From an uncultured Acidobacteriota bacterium (GTDB lineage Bacteria; Acidobacteriota; UBA6911), in NCBI GenBank assembly GCA_964613495.1, contig CAZTHE010000005.1:1-60452 (forward strand): a stretch of DNA of 60,452 bases. Direction: 5' to 3'. Below are positions 17,971 to 27,431 of the stretch, piece after piece; within the stretch, counting starts at the first letter, position 1; each line of letters opens with the position of its first letter. Both the position numbers and the translations under genes were made by a program. The notes below the pieces were generated by a model. The model worked only from the letters and a program-made list of their open reading frames with translations. It was not told the origin of the DNA and made no database searches.

Positions 17971-18207
17971 CGTAACATGATTATTGCAAATGTAACACTG
18001 GGTTTCTTGCCTTCCGGCCTTCTGTCTCATTGCAGGGTTGCCGGTGTTCCAATCGAGGGTTTGAACGCAACCCTTGGTTCCCGCATCCCGGTTTCCGCGT
18101 GCATGAACTATTTAAATGAACTTTTTCGCGAATTTATTGTCTCTATAAACAACCCTTTTGTTATTCTCGGGCCTTTCCAGGATGCCAGACGGAGCGCCGG
18201 AGCGATA

Positions 18208-20667
18208 ATGCACTCGATTCGTGCCCTGCTGACGAGAGTCGGCCTGACGGCCGCGATCCTTTTCCTGGCGGCGGCGTGTGCCGCGGAGCAGGACAGCAGC
18301 AAGATCTTCACGCGGAACCCTCTCGACGAGATCCGCGACGAGCTGATGATGGTCCTCGAAGCGGCCGGAGTCCCCTTTACCGCCGAACAGCAGAAATCCG
18401 TCACGTTCGTCCTGGAGGAATCCCGCCGCGCGTCGGAGCAGCTGTTCGGCAGCGTCATGGACTTCTCTTCCGGCCCGCCGCAGGGGGAGCAGCTCGACCG
18501 AGCGATGGCGGCCATCAAGTGGATGAACGAGGACTTCGCCAAACGGATCCGCAATTACCTGACTCCCGAACAGCTCGCCGCCTGGGACGCGCACGTCAAA
18601 TCCCGCGCCGCTGCCGCGGAGCAGCCGGGAAAGACCGCCGGCACCAGCCAGCAGGTCCAGCAGATACGGGTCAACAACAACGCGTTTACGGCGGAAACCC
18701 AGTACCAGGGCTATCCCTTCAGCGGCGGCAGCTACGGCTATTCCAGCGGAGGCGGGGTTCAGGCAGTCGTCATCAACCGGGGGGGCACGGGCGCGTGGCA
18801 CGGGAATCTCCAGTTCCAAATCAAGGACGACGCCCTCGACGCGAGGAACCCCTTCGCCTCGAACAAACCGTCGTACCAGCAGCGCAACATCAATCTCGAC
18901 GCGAGCGGCCCGGCCCTGAAAAACCGTTTGACGCTCGGCGGCAGCTTCAACCAGAGCATGCAGGACAACGCCGACACCGTGAACGCCGTCACCCTCGACG
19001 GCCCGGTCCGCATCGGCTTCACCCGGCCGCAGATCTCGCGCTACGGCTACGTCGATGGGATCTACCAGCTCGCCGAAAAGCAGTCGCTGCACTTCGAGTA
19101 TTACCGCCAGCGATTTTCTATGGATAAGCAGGGGATGGGCGGACTGACGCTTCCGGAGCGCGCGGTGGACTACGCCGGCGGCGACGACTACGTCTACCTG
19201 CGGCACGTCTGGTTCGCCTCGGAAAAACTGGTCCAGGACATCTCCTTCTCCCTCGACTCCTATTTCCAGGAATCCGTCCCCGCGACCGAGGGAAGGTCCT
19301 TCAACGTGCTGGGGGCTTTTTACGGCGGGAGCTCGCAGGACCGGTCGCGGAGCGACAACTCCGGCATGTCGATCCAATCCCTCTGGCTGTATACGCTAAA
19401 GCGATGGGCCGTGCGCACTGGTGGCCGCATGTACCGCAGCATGGCGGACGAGCGTTCCGACTACAACTTCCAGGGGACTTTCACGTTTGCGGACCTGGAC
19501 TCGTACCGCGAGGGACGCCCGATCCTCTATAGCGAGGTGCGGGGGGACCCCGTCCTCGAGTATTCCCAGAACGAGTGGAGCGCCTTTTTCCAGAACGAAT
19601 TCAAGGCGACGAACCGCATCTCGCTGTTCTTCGGCCTGCGGTACGGATACCAGGGCAATCTCGACGACTTCAACAATTTCGACCCGCGCGTGGCGGCGGC
19701 CTTCGCGCTGGATAAATCCACGGTGATCCGCGCCGGGATCGGCGTGTTCAGCATGCGCGTCCCAAGCTATGTGGAGATGACGCTGGCCCGCATGGACGGG
19801 AAGCGCCAGGTGGAGATCGTTGTCAACAATCCCTCCTACCCCGACCCCTACCAGTCGGGCGAGGTGACCATCGTGCCGCCGGCGTCCCGCCGCGTGCGCG
19901 CCCCGGATCTCACGGCGCCGTATTCCATAAACGCCTCGTTCCAGATCGAGCGGAGTCTTCCGCGGAACCTTTTCGTGACGGCGTCCTACGATCACCACAC
20001 GGGATACAACATACTGCGCAGCCGGAACCTGAACGCTCCCCTGCCGGGCGAAACCGAGCGCCCGGACCCGGCGGAAGGAAACGTCTGGCAGCTGGAATCG
20101 ACGGGCAAATCGAAGTTCAAGGCGTTCCGCGCCTCGATGCGCCAGCGCTTCAGCATCTTCAACCTGAACGCGAGCTATTCGCGCGAGGTCGAGGGGAGCG
20201 TCATCACCCAGTTCGGGGCCCCGACCGACAATTTCAACCTGGACGCCGACTACGCCGAGTACGTCCGGCACCAGGCGAACATCAGCGTCAACTCGCGGTT
20301 CTTCCTGGGGACCTACGTGAATGCGGACATCACCTTCGCGAGCGGGAATCCCTATACGGTCACGACCGGGTACGACGACAACGGCGACGGGGTGACCAAC
20401 GATCGTCCCGAAGGCGTGCCGCGTTACTCCCTGCGCGGACCGCACCAGAGCAACGTGAGCTTCAACGTCTCGAAGACGTTTCCCCTGGGCGGCAAGAAGG
20501 ACACCGCCGCCGCGACCAACGTCAACGTCTTCGCCAACTTCTACAACGCCTTCAACCGCACGAACCTGGGCACGCCGATCGGCGTCCTGAGCTCGCCCTT
20601 CTTCGGCAAGTCGATCAGCGCCTACAACCCCCGCCAGATCACCATGGGAATGCGTTTCCAGTTCTGA
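18208..20667 (+). CDS. TonB-dependent-receptor-like outer-membrane beta-barrel with an atypical helical N-terminus
   Basis: Start at MHSIRALLTRVGLTAAILFLAAACAA. Barrel region from GTGAWHGNLQFQ to terminal MGMRFQF. No recognisable plug/RGP motif. Confidence 0.7.
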   Translation: MHSIRALLTRVGLTAAILFLAAACAAEQDSSKIFTRNPLDEIRDELMMVLEAAGVPFTAEQQKSVTFVLEESRRASEQLFGSVMDFSSGPPQGEQLDRAMAAIKWMNEDFAKRIRNYLTPEQLAAWDAHVKSRAAAAEQPGKTAGTSQQVQQIRVNNNAFTAETQYQGYPFSGGSYGYSSGGGVQAVVINRGGTGAWHGNLQFQIKDDALDARNPFASNKPSYQQRNINLDASGPALKNRLTLGGSFNQSMQDNADTVNAVTLDGPVRIGFTRPQISRYGYVDGIYQLAEKQSLHFEYYRQRFSMDKQGMGGLTLPERAVDYAGGDDYVYLRHVWFASEKLVQDISFSLDSYFQESVPATEGRSFNVLGAFYGGSSQDRSRSDNSGMSIQSLWLYTLKRWAVRTGGRMYRSMADERSDYNFQGTFTFADLDSYREGRPILYSEVRGDPVLEYSQNEWSAFFQNEFKATNRISLFFGLRYGYQGNLDDFNNFDPRVAAAFALDKSTVIRAGIGVFSMRVPSYVEMTLARMDGKRQVEIVVNNPSYPDPYQSGEVTIVPPASRRVRAPDLTAPYSINASFQIERSLPRNLFVTASYDHHTGYNILRSRNLNAPLPGETERPDPAEGNVWQLESTGKSKFKAFRASMRQRFSIFNLNASYSREVEGSVITQFGAPTDNFNLDADYAEYVRHQANISVNSRFFLGTYVNADITFASGNPYTVTTGYDDNGDGVTNDRPEGVPRYSLRGPHQSNVSFNVSKTFPLGGKKDTAAATNVNVFANFYNAFNRTNLGTPIGVLSSPFFGKSISAYNPRQITMGMRFQF

Positions 20668-20694
20668 TCCCTCCTTGTCCCTGCAGCGTCTCCA

Positions 20695-20736
20695 GGCAGT
20701 TGATAGTTGATAGTGGGCAGTGGGCAGTTGTGGCGG
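20695..20736. repeat. Heptanucleotide tandem array (GGCAGTN/GATAGTN)
   Basis: GGCAGTT GATAGTT GATAGTG GGCAGTG GGCAGTT GTGGCGG. Same unit family as 47312-47346. Confidence 0.75.
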
Positions 20737-20998
20737 CAGAAGTACGACGGGTCGGAAAGAAGGGTTGTGGTGCGCAGGAAAAGCCGCAAGGCCGGCCTGC
20801 TGGCCCGGCGCAAGCAGGAGCGACAGGTGGACGGAAGGTTCGTCCGGGCGAAGCCCGGACCTCGCGCGCGAGTCCTATGCACTTGATCTGCGCCGGGGGA
20901 TTGATACACTGGGCGCCGTGAACCCGGCCGGCAGGGTGAAGTCGCAGCGGGTACGGGACAAGGACCTTGCGGGCCGGAGAGATTCAGGAGACATCCCT

Positions 20999-22540
20999 AT
21001 GAAGCGTCGCATTTGTGCTTGCCTGTTTGCGTTTCTGGCCGCGGCCTATTTGTCCGCGTCGGTTCCGGCGGATGCGGCTCAATCCTGCGAAAGCCTGGCA
21101 GCCGTGCGGATGGAGAACGTGACGATCGAGTCGGCCGCGGCGATTAAGCCGCCCTGGGAGATTCCGCCCACGGCGGGCGCGTTCGGCACGCCCAGGGGCC
21201 AGATGGTGAACGCCGCCTTTTGCAGGGTGGTGGGCTTTTCCACCCCGACGAGCGAATCCCGCATCGGGTTCGAGGTGTGGCTCCCGGTCGAAAAGGAATG
21301 GAACGGCAGGCTGCTCGCCGTAGGCAATCCCGGATTCATCGGCGGCGTTTCGCGCGGCGCCCTCAAGGACATCGTGGAAAGGGGATTCGTGGCCATATCC
21401 ACCGACACCGGGCACACCGAGGAAGGGTATTCCTGGGCCGCGGAGCATCCGGAAAAACTCGTCGACTGGGGATACCGGGCGGTCCACGAAACGGCCGTGG
21501 CGGCCAAAGAGCTGATCCGTGCGCATTACGGCAAGCCGGTCCGCTACTCCTACTGGAGCAGCTGCCATAACGGCGGCAACCAGGGCCTGAACGAGGCTCA
21601 GCGCTACCCGGACGACTTCGACGGCATCGTCGCCGGAGATCCCGCCTATTACGTCTCCCGTTTGCAGGCCGGCTCGCTGTATATCGGGTGGGTCTCGCTG
21701 AAGGACGGGACGCGAGCCCCGGGATACATCTCCCCGGCGAAGTATCCGGCGATGCACCGGGCGGCCCTGGACGCCTGCGACGGCAAAGACGGCCTGGTGG
21801 ACGGGATCATCGAAAACCCTCCCGCCTGCCGGTACGATCCCGCCGTCATGCTGTGCTACGGCAGCGACCGCCCGTCGTGCCTGACCGCGGCGCAGGTGGA
21901 GACGGCGAGAAAAATCTATGCCGGGGCGAAGTTCAACGACGGCACGCCGATCTACGGCGGTTTCGAGCCGGGGACGGAGCTGGACTGGGGCATGATGGCC
22001 GGCGGACCCGAACCGCTCGGCCTCAGCACCGGGTATTTCAAGGGGATGGTCTTCAAAGACCCCAACTGGGATTATAAGACCTTCGATCCCGGCCGCGACA
22101 CGCGCCTGGCGGAAGAGCGGACGGGAGCGGCCGTGGACGGAATCGATCCCAACCTGAAACCTTTTAAGGAGAGCGGCGGCAAGCTGATCATTTACCAGTC
22201 GTGGAACGAAACCACCATCATGCCGCGCACCATCATCGACTATTACAGAAAGGTCGAAGGAGCGATGGGCGGGCCGGCGGAGACGCGGGACTTCGCGCGG
22301 CTGTTCATGGCCGCGGGCATGGGGATGTGCCCCGGATTCGGCAATGCGAAGGATTTCGACGCGCTGGACGCGATGCAGCGGTGGGTGGAGAAAGGGATTG
22401 CGCCGGACCGCATCCTGGCGCAGCACAGGGACGACAACCGCGAAGTCTTCCGCACCCGTCCCGTGTGCGCGTATCCGAAAGCGGCGAAATACAAGGGCAA
22501 AGGCGACCCGAACGACGCCGCCAATTTCGAGTGCAAATAG
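20999..22540 (+). CDS. Tannase/feruloyl-esterase-family alpha/beta-fold protein with a non-canonical active site
   Basis: Start at MKRRICACLFAFLAAAYLSA (signal peptide). Family-typical IGFEVWLPVEKEWNGRLLAVGNPGFIGG. See the finding on the motif changes. Confidence 0.8.
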   Translation: MKRRICACLFAFLAAAYLSASVPADAAQSCESLAAVRMENVTIESAAAIKPPWEIPPTAGAFGTPRGQMVNAAFCRVVGFSTPTSESRIGFEVWLPVEKEWNGRLLAVGNPGFIGGVSRGALKDIVERGFVAISTDTGHTEEGYSWAAEHPEKLVDWGYRAVHETAVAAKELIRAHYGKPVRYSYWSSCHNGGNQGLNEAQRYPDDFDGIVAGDPAYYVSRLQAGSLYIGWVSLKDGTRAPGYISPAKYPAMHRAALDACDGKDGLVDGIIENPPACRYDPAVMLCYGSDRPSCLTAAQVETARKIYAGAKFNDGTPIYGGFEPGTELDWGMMAGGPEPLGLSTGYFKGMVFKDPNWDYKTFDPGRDTRLAEERTGAAVDGIDPNLKPFKESGGKLIIYQSWNETTIMPRTIIDYYRKVEGAMGGPAETRDFARLFMAAGMGMCPGFGNAKDFDALDAMQRWVEKGIAPDRILAQHRDDNREVFRTRPVCAYPKAAKYKGKGDPNDAANFECK

Positions 22541-22568
22541 CAGCCCGAACCCTCAATGACGCAAATTG

Positions 22569-22630
22569 GCCACGGATTACACGAATTTTTTGCCTCGGTT
22601 AATCCGTGAAATGCGTGTCAATTCGTGGCA
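22569..22630. terminator. Inverted CGTG-box pair between convergent genes (hairpin, probable bidirectional terminator)
   Basis: GCCACGGATTACACGAATTT (22569-22588) faces AATCCGTGAAATGCGTGTCAATTCGTGGCA (22601-22630), with T-rich loop TTTTTGCC. Confidence 0.5.
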
Positions 22631-22644
22631 GGCGGTTCCCGCGG

Positions 22645-23106
22645 CTATTTGCCCTTGCCCCCGCGGGCGCACAGCGCGCGCCCGACGACGCCGCATCCGC
22701 CGCCGCCGGTGGGGGAAATGCTCGATCCGCCGTAGCCGAAATTGAACATCCAGGCATCGCCGAGGGTATTCTTCGACCCGGACCAGACGTTGCCCGACTG
22801 CACGTTGATGGGCTCCCTGGCCTTGTACTGCTTCTTCAGGCTCCTGTCATACAGGCCTTCCAGCTCCTCGAACGTCGGCAGCCGCCAGTCCGTGTGACCC
22901 CCCAGCGTCAACTCCTCGCAATGCGCGTTGGCCTGGTTCCAGTTCAGATCGACGCCATTGTCCTCGACGGTCCACATCAGACCGGTCGAGGTGTCCTCCC
23001 AGGTTTTTCCGGCTTCCTGGGCCACCGCCGACTGCGCCGCCGCGAAAAGCAGGAAAACCATCAATAAGGATACCGCCCGGCGATCGAGAAACCTTTGTGA
23101 GGACAT
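22645..23106 (-). CDS. DUF1566 (Lcl C-terminal, C-type-lectin-like) secreted protein
   Basis: This is the C-terminal 153 codons of the artefactual 1588-aa ORF. MSSQRFLDRRAVSLLMVFLLFAAAQSAVAQ signal peptide, then GLMWTVEDNG...HTDWRLPTFEELEGLY. Confidence 0.8.
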   Translation of the reverse strand: MSSQRFLDRRAVSLLMVFLLFAAAQSAVAQEAGKTWEDTSTGLMWTVEDNGVDLNWNQANAHCEELTLGGHTDWRLPTFEELEGLYDRSLKKQYKAREPINVQSGNVWSGSKNTLGDAWMFNFGYGGSSISPTGGGGCGVVGRALCARGGKGK

Positions 23107-23307
23107 AAAACCGCTCCTTGAAAAAAGCTGCGCCTGTTCGGCCTGCTCCGGCCGCCCAGCAGAATAAGCAATACGGGCCCGCCCTGCAATCAATTCTTTG
23201 CAGCCGCCGCCCGGCCTGATTTTATCGCATCGAATCGTGTAACATCCCGCCGTCTTTTGCCATGATATATCCCTGACAGCCTGGCGGCATTTCATCCGGG
23301 AGGACGC

Positions 23308-24957
23308 ATGTCGGGGAAAACGGCACAAGGAATGACTCGCAGATCGTTCATGAAGGGCGCGGCCTCGGGCACCGCACTCGCGGCGGCAACGGGCGTCGGA
23401 TGGGCGGCCGCAGGAACGGGCGCCGTCCCGGCCTCCCGATCCGGCGCATATTCCTTCGAAACGCCGCCGCCGCCCATCCCAGCCGGCGAAATCAAAGGCA
23501 AGGTCACGGCGGAAATCGTCGTGATCGGTGCCGGGACGTCCGGCCTTGTCTGCGCCAATGCGGCGGCGGAAAACGGGGCGAACGTCGTCGTGATCGCCTC
23601 GAGCCCGGCGCCGGTGGGCCGCGGCGGCTCCATCCACGCGTATGACAGCCGGCTGATGCGCAGCCTGGGCCTCGCGCCGGGCTCTGCCGCCGGAATCAGG
23701 GATGGGTTGAAAACCCACTCCTACAGGGTGGACCAGGAGAAGTGGTGGCTCTGGGTGCGCAAAAGCGGCGAAGCGATGGACTGGCTGATCGACAAGATGG
23801 AAGCCGCCGGATACCGGACCGTCATCGAGGTGGGAAACACCGATCCGGAAGGCGTCATGACGATGCGCCCGGGCTCGCACTCGTGGCTGGGAAAGGGCAT
23901 CAAAACGGCGGGACGCAGCCAGCAGATCGTTGCGGACACGCTGGCAGAAACCGCCCTGGCGCGCGGCGTGCGGTTCGATTACAGCACGACGGCGGCGCGG
24001 CTCATACGCGAAAACGGGAATGCCGGCAGGGTCCGCGCCGTGGTCGCCAAAACTCCGGACGACGGCTACTGCGTCTACGAAGGAACGAAGGCCGTCGTCC
24101 TCGCCACAGGAGATTTCAAGGACGAGGAGATGGTGGAGAAGTACTGTCCCTGGATGCTGCCGCTGGTGAAAGCCGGGGGAGGCATCTACGCGGGGGACGG
24201 GCACAAGATGGCCCTGTGGGCCGGCGCGGCCTGGCAGAAGACCGTCCCCAACGCCCCCATGCTGCTCGGCGGCGCCGGTCCCGGGACGCAGCCGTACAGG
24301 GCATTCACCGGCCTGGCCGTGAATAAAAACACCGTGCGCTTCGGCAACGAAGACTGCCTGCGTTCCTTCGCGGGCGCCGCCCAGATGCTGCAGCCGGATC
24401 TCACCGTTTTCGCCGTCTGGGATTCGCACTATGCCGAAAAGGCCGCGCCGTGGACGCCCATCGGGTCCTATTACGGCGGGCCCAAAGAAATTTCGGTCCA
24501 ATCCGTGATCGACGGGTGGGAGGAAAACGTCCGGTACGGCTCCATGGTCAAGGCGGACACGATCGGCGCACTCGCGGAAAAGCTCGGGCTGCCGGCCGCC
24601 GCGCTGAAGGCGACGGTCGAACGGTACAACGGGTTCTGCGCCACGGGGGAGGACGGCGATTTCGGCAAGCGGTCCGGCCTGCTCATCCCCGTCGAACGGG
24701 CGCCGTTTTACGGCGAGGTCAGCCGGTCCCCCTATCTCCTCAATATTTCGGGCGGATTGCGCACGGACGCCCGAATGCAGGTCTTGGATAAACATGACCG
24801 GGTGATTGAAGGGCTGTACGCTGTCGGCACCATGGCCGGCGACCTGTATTCGGGCATTTACACATTCCTGGAACCCGGCCACAACCTCGGCGCCGCCTGC
24901 CTCACATTCGGCTACCTCGCCGGCAAAGACATCGCGCGGTCGAAGGCCCGGGGATAG
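23308..24957 (+). CDS. Tat-exported FAD-dependent oxidoreductase (fumarate reductase/flavocytochrome flavoprotein-like)
   Basis: Twin-arginine TRRSFMKG. Dinucleotide fold VVIGAGTSGLVCA. C-terminal GLYAVGTMAGD FAD motif. Confidence 0.85.
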   Translation: MSGKTAQGMTRRSFMKGAASGTALAAATGVGWAAAGTGAVPASRSGAYSFETPPPPIPAGEIKGKVTAEIVVIGAGTSGLVCANAAAENGANVVVIASSPAPVGRGGSIHAYDSRLMRSLGLAPGSAAGIRDGLKTHSYRVDQEKWWLWVRKSGEAMDWLIDKMEAAGYRTVIEVGNTDPEGVMTMRPGSHSWLGKGIKTAGRSQQIVADTLAETALARGVRFDYSTTAARLIRENGNAGRVRAVVAKTPDDGYCVYEGTKAVVLATGDFKDEEMVEKYCPWMLPLVKAGGGIYAGDGHKMALWAGAAWQKTVPNAPMLLGGAGPGTQPYRAFTGLAVNKNTVRFGNEDCLRSFAGAAQMLQPDLTVFAVWDSHYAEKAAPWTPIGSYYGGPKEISVQSVIDGWEENVRYGSMVKADTIGALAEKLGLPAAALKATVERYNGFCATGEDGDFGKRSGLLIPVERAPFYGEVSRSPYLLNISGGLRTDARMQVLDKHDRVIEGLYAVGTMAGDLYSGIYTFLEPGHNLGAACLTFGYLAGKDIARSKARG

Positions 24958-25158
24958 AGCCCGATGGAGACGCATCCCACGGGACAAGGGCAGAATAGGA
25001 TTGCCGATGACAACGGCGACGATTCGCTGGTAAGATTCCTCTCTATTGGAGGAGGTAGAATAGTGGACACGGATCAATGCGCCTGCACGGGCAAGACACT
25101 GGCCCGGCTCGTACGCCCCGCGGTGCCGGCGCTCCTCGCCCCCGGGGGGGAAAAATCG

Positions 25159-27372
25159 ATGAGAACGAGCGGCAAATCCGATCAGTGCATGCGCATCAGG
25201 CGCCTTCTGCGCCTCTGGGCCTGCCTGATATTCCTGATCCATCCCGCCCTTGCGCAGGACGCCGGAACGGATCCGCAGAAACAGGCCGCGGGAGAGGAGC
25301 AGGCGCGCCTGACGGCCGAACACGTGACGATCACGGTCACGGCGCGGAAAGAACCCGAACCGGCGCTGTCGATCCCGCTCAGCGTTACCGCCGTCCCGGA
25401 GACCGCACTGCGGGACCAGGCCATTCGCGCCGTGAAGGACGCCGCCCTGTTCGCGCCCAACGTGATCATCAACGAATTCACGGCCAGGGCGGTCAGCAAT
25501 CCGTTCTTCAGGGGCATCGGGGGGAGCCCGGCCAATCCCGGGGTCAGCACGTTCATCGACGGCGTCCCGCAGTTGAACGGATTCTCTTCCAACATCGAAA
25601 TGGCCGACGTCGTCCAGGTGGAGTTCGTGCGCGGCCCCAGCGGATCCCTCTTCGGCCGCAACACGGCCGGCGGCCTGATCAACATCACCAGCCGCCCGGA
25701 ATCCGAAACCTGGGCTACGCAGGTCCAGGGGGCTTTTGGCAACTACGGCTACCGCGACGTCCGGGGATCGGTTGCCAGCCCGCTTCTCAAGGAGCGTTTC
25801 AGTTTCAACCTGGCGGGCGGCTATTCCGGACGGGACGGCTATACGACCAACGATCTCAACGGCGGCGATCTCGACAAACGGGCCGCCGGTTTCGGCAAGG
25901 CGCAGCTCTTCCTGAGAATAAGCGACAAATGGAAGGCCCGTTTGATCTTCACGGGCGAACGGGACCGCGACGGGGACTACGCGCTGGGAGACCTCGGATA
26001 CATCCGCGAGAATCCGAACCACGTAAGCCGCGACTTCGAGGGATTTTCGCACCGCTGCGTGGGATCGACCACGTTCCGGCTGGACCGCGAGGGAGCCTCG
26101 GTTGACTTTTCCTCCATCTCGGGAGGCCTCTGGTGGAGTAACGACGTCTTCACCGACCTGGACTACCAGACCGCCACGTTGTCGAACGGCGGCCTCTTCG
26201 CGACCAGGAAAAACCGGGAGGACCAGTACCAGTTCACCCAGGAATTCCGCTTCTCTTCCTCCGGGAGCCGCGCGATCTCCCTGGCGGATTCGGTGAGCCT
26301 GCGCTGGCAGGCGGGCCTGTTCCTCTTCGCGCAGGACTACGAGCAGGACGCGGCGAACGACATTTCCAGCATCTACGGCTTTTTCGATCCGATGGTGAGC
26401 ACCTCCGCCAGCGACCTGAACGACTGGGGATTGGGCGTCTACGGGCAGGCGCAATTCACCTTCTGGAACAGGCTGCACATCACGGCCGGGCTGCGCTTCG
26501 ACCACGAAGACAAGGAAGCGAAGCTCGGACCCTCGCGCGACCTCGCCGACAGGTTCGAGGACAGCTTCTCGGAAGCCTCGCCGACATTCAACGTCGCGTA
26601 TCAGCTTCCCGGAAGCCACATGGGCTATGTATCCGTCGCCAGGGGATACAAGGCCGGCGGCTTCAATCCGGCGCCTACGGGACTGCCGGCTCCGGCCGGA
26701 ACGGGATCCTACGGCCCGGAGCGCACCTGGAATTATGAGTTGGGACACAAGGCCCGGTGGCTCGGGAACCGTCTGGAGTCGATCGTGGCGCTCTTTTACA
26801 TCGACTGGGACAGCCTGCAGCTCAACCAGCAGATCCCTTTCAGCGGCGGGCAGTACTTCATCGGCAACGCCGGCGCCGCCAACAGCAAAGGCGTGGAAGT
26901 CGAGACGCGTTTTTACGCGTTTCCCTGGTGGGAGGTGTTCGGGATGGTCGGGTACACGCGCGCGCGCTTTCTCGGCGGCAGCACGGCGCTCAATTCGAAT
27001 CTCGGCGTGGACGAGGAGGTGGGAGGGAACACGCTTCCCTACGCGCCGACGTTCAACTCCAACATGGGGACGCAGATTTCGTGGGCGCCTTCGAACCGCG
27101 TATCGCTGTACCTGAGGACGCAGGTTTCGCTCACGGGCGATTTCCTGTATGACGCCTCCAACGCGATGGGGCAGGACACCTATTCCCTGACCAGCTTCCG
27201 CGGCGGCGTACGCGGCCGGCGCTGGTTCGCCGAGGGATGGGTCGACAACGCCTTCGACACGCGCTACGTGCCGATCGCCATTCCCTACGCCCAGTTGGGG
27301 GCGCCGTCGGGCTACGTCGGCGAGACCGGCGCTCCAGCAACCTACGGGGCGCGGGCGGGAATCCATTTTTAA
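25159..27372 (+). CDS. TonB-dependent receptor
   Basis: Start at MRTSGKSDQCMRIRRLLRLWACLIFLIHPALAQ. Plug VQVEFVRGPSGSLFGRNTAGGLINI. Terminal YGARAGIHF. Confidence 0.9.
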   Translation: MRTSGKSDQCMRIRRLLRLWACLIFLIHPALAQDAGTDPQKQAAGEEQARLTAEHVTITVTARKEPEPALSIPLSVTAVPETALRDQAIRAVKDAALFAPNVIINEFTARAVSNPFFRGIGGSPANPGVSTFIDGVPQLNGFSSNIEMADVVQVEFVRGPSGSLFGRNTAGGLINITSRPESETWATQVQGAFGNYGYRDVRGSVASPLLKERFSFNLAGGYSGRDGYTTNDLNGGDLDKRAAGFGKAQLFLRISDKWKARLIFTGERDRDGDYALGDLGYIRENPNHVSRDFEGFSHRCVGSTTFRLDREGASVDFSSISGGLWWSNDVFTDLDYQTATLSNGGLFATRKNREDQYQFTQEFRFSSSGSRAISLADSVSLRWQAGLFLFAQDYEQDAANDISSIYGFFDPMVSTSASDLNDWGLGVYGQAQFTFWNRLHITAGLRFDHEDKEAKLGPSRDLADRFEDSFSEASPTFNVAYQLPGSHMGYVSVARGYKAGGFNPAPTGLPAPAGTGSYGPERTWNYELGHKARWLGNRLESIVALFYIDWDSLQLNQQIPFSGGQYFIGNAGAANSKGVEVETRFYAFPWWEVFGMVGYTRARFLGGSTALNSNLGVDEEVGGNTLPYAPTFNSNMGTQISWAPSNRVSLYLRTQVSLTGDFLYDASNAMGQDTYSLTSFRGGVRGRRWFAEGWVDNAFDTRYVPIAIPYAQLGAPSGYVGETGAPATYGARAGIHF

Positions 27373-27431
27373 CGCCGCGGGCGGAAAGGCACGGGACTTG
27401 CGCGACCACATTCCTGCTGGGCGCCGAATCG

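Noticed and set aside
22645-23106. DUF1566/C-type-lectin-like protein as a possible diversity-generating retroelement target
   Set aside because: There is no reverse transcriptase gene and no template-repeat copy of its 3-prime end anywhere in the window.
24958-25158. Possible cobalamin or other riboswitch in the 200-nt leader of the TonB-dependent receptor
   Set aside because: I could not find the B12-box or the GGTG-AAA-TCC core by eye. It needs cmscan. It is not reported as a feature.
22645-27411. A 1588-aa ORF on the minus strand
   Set aside because: It is a high-GC shadow ORF antisense to the flavoprotein and TonB-receptor genes. Only its last 153 codons (22645-23106, DUF1566 protein with its own signal peptide) look real.
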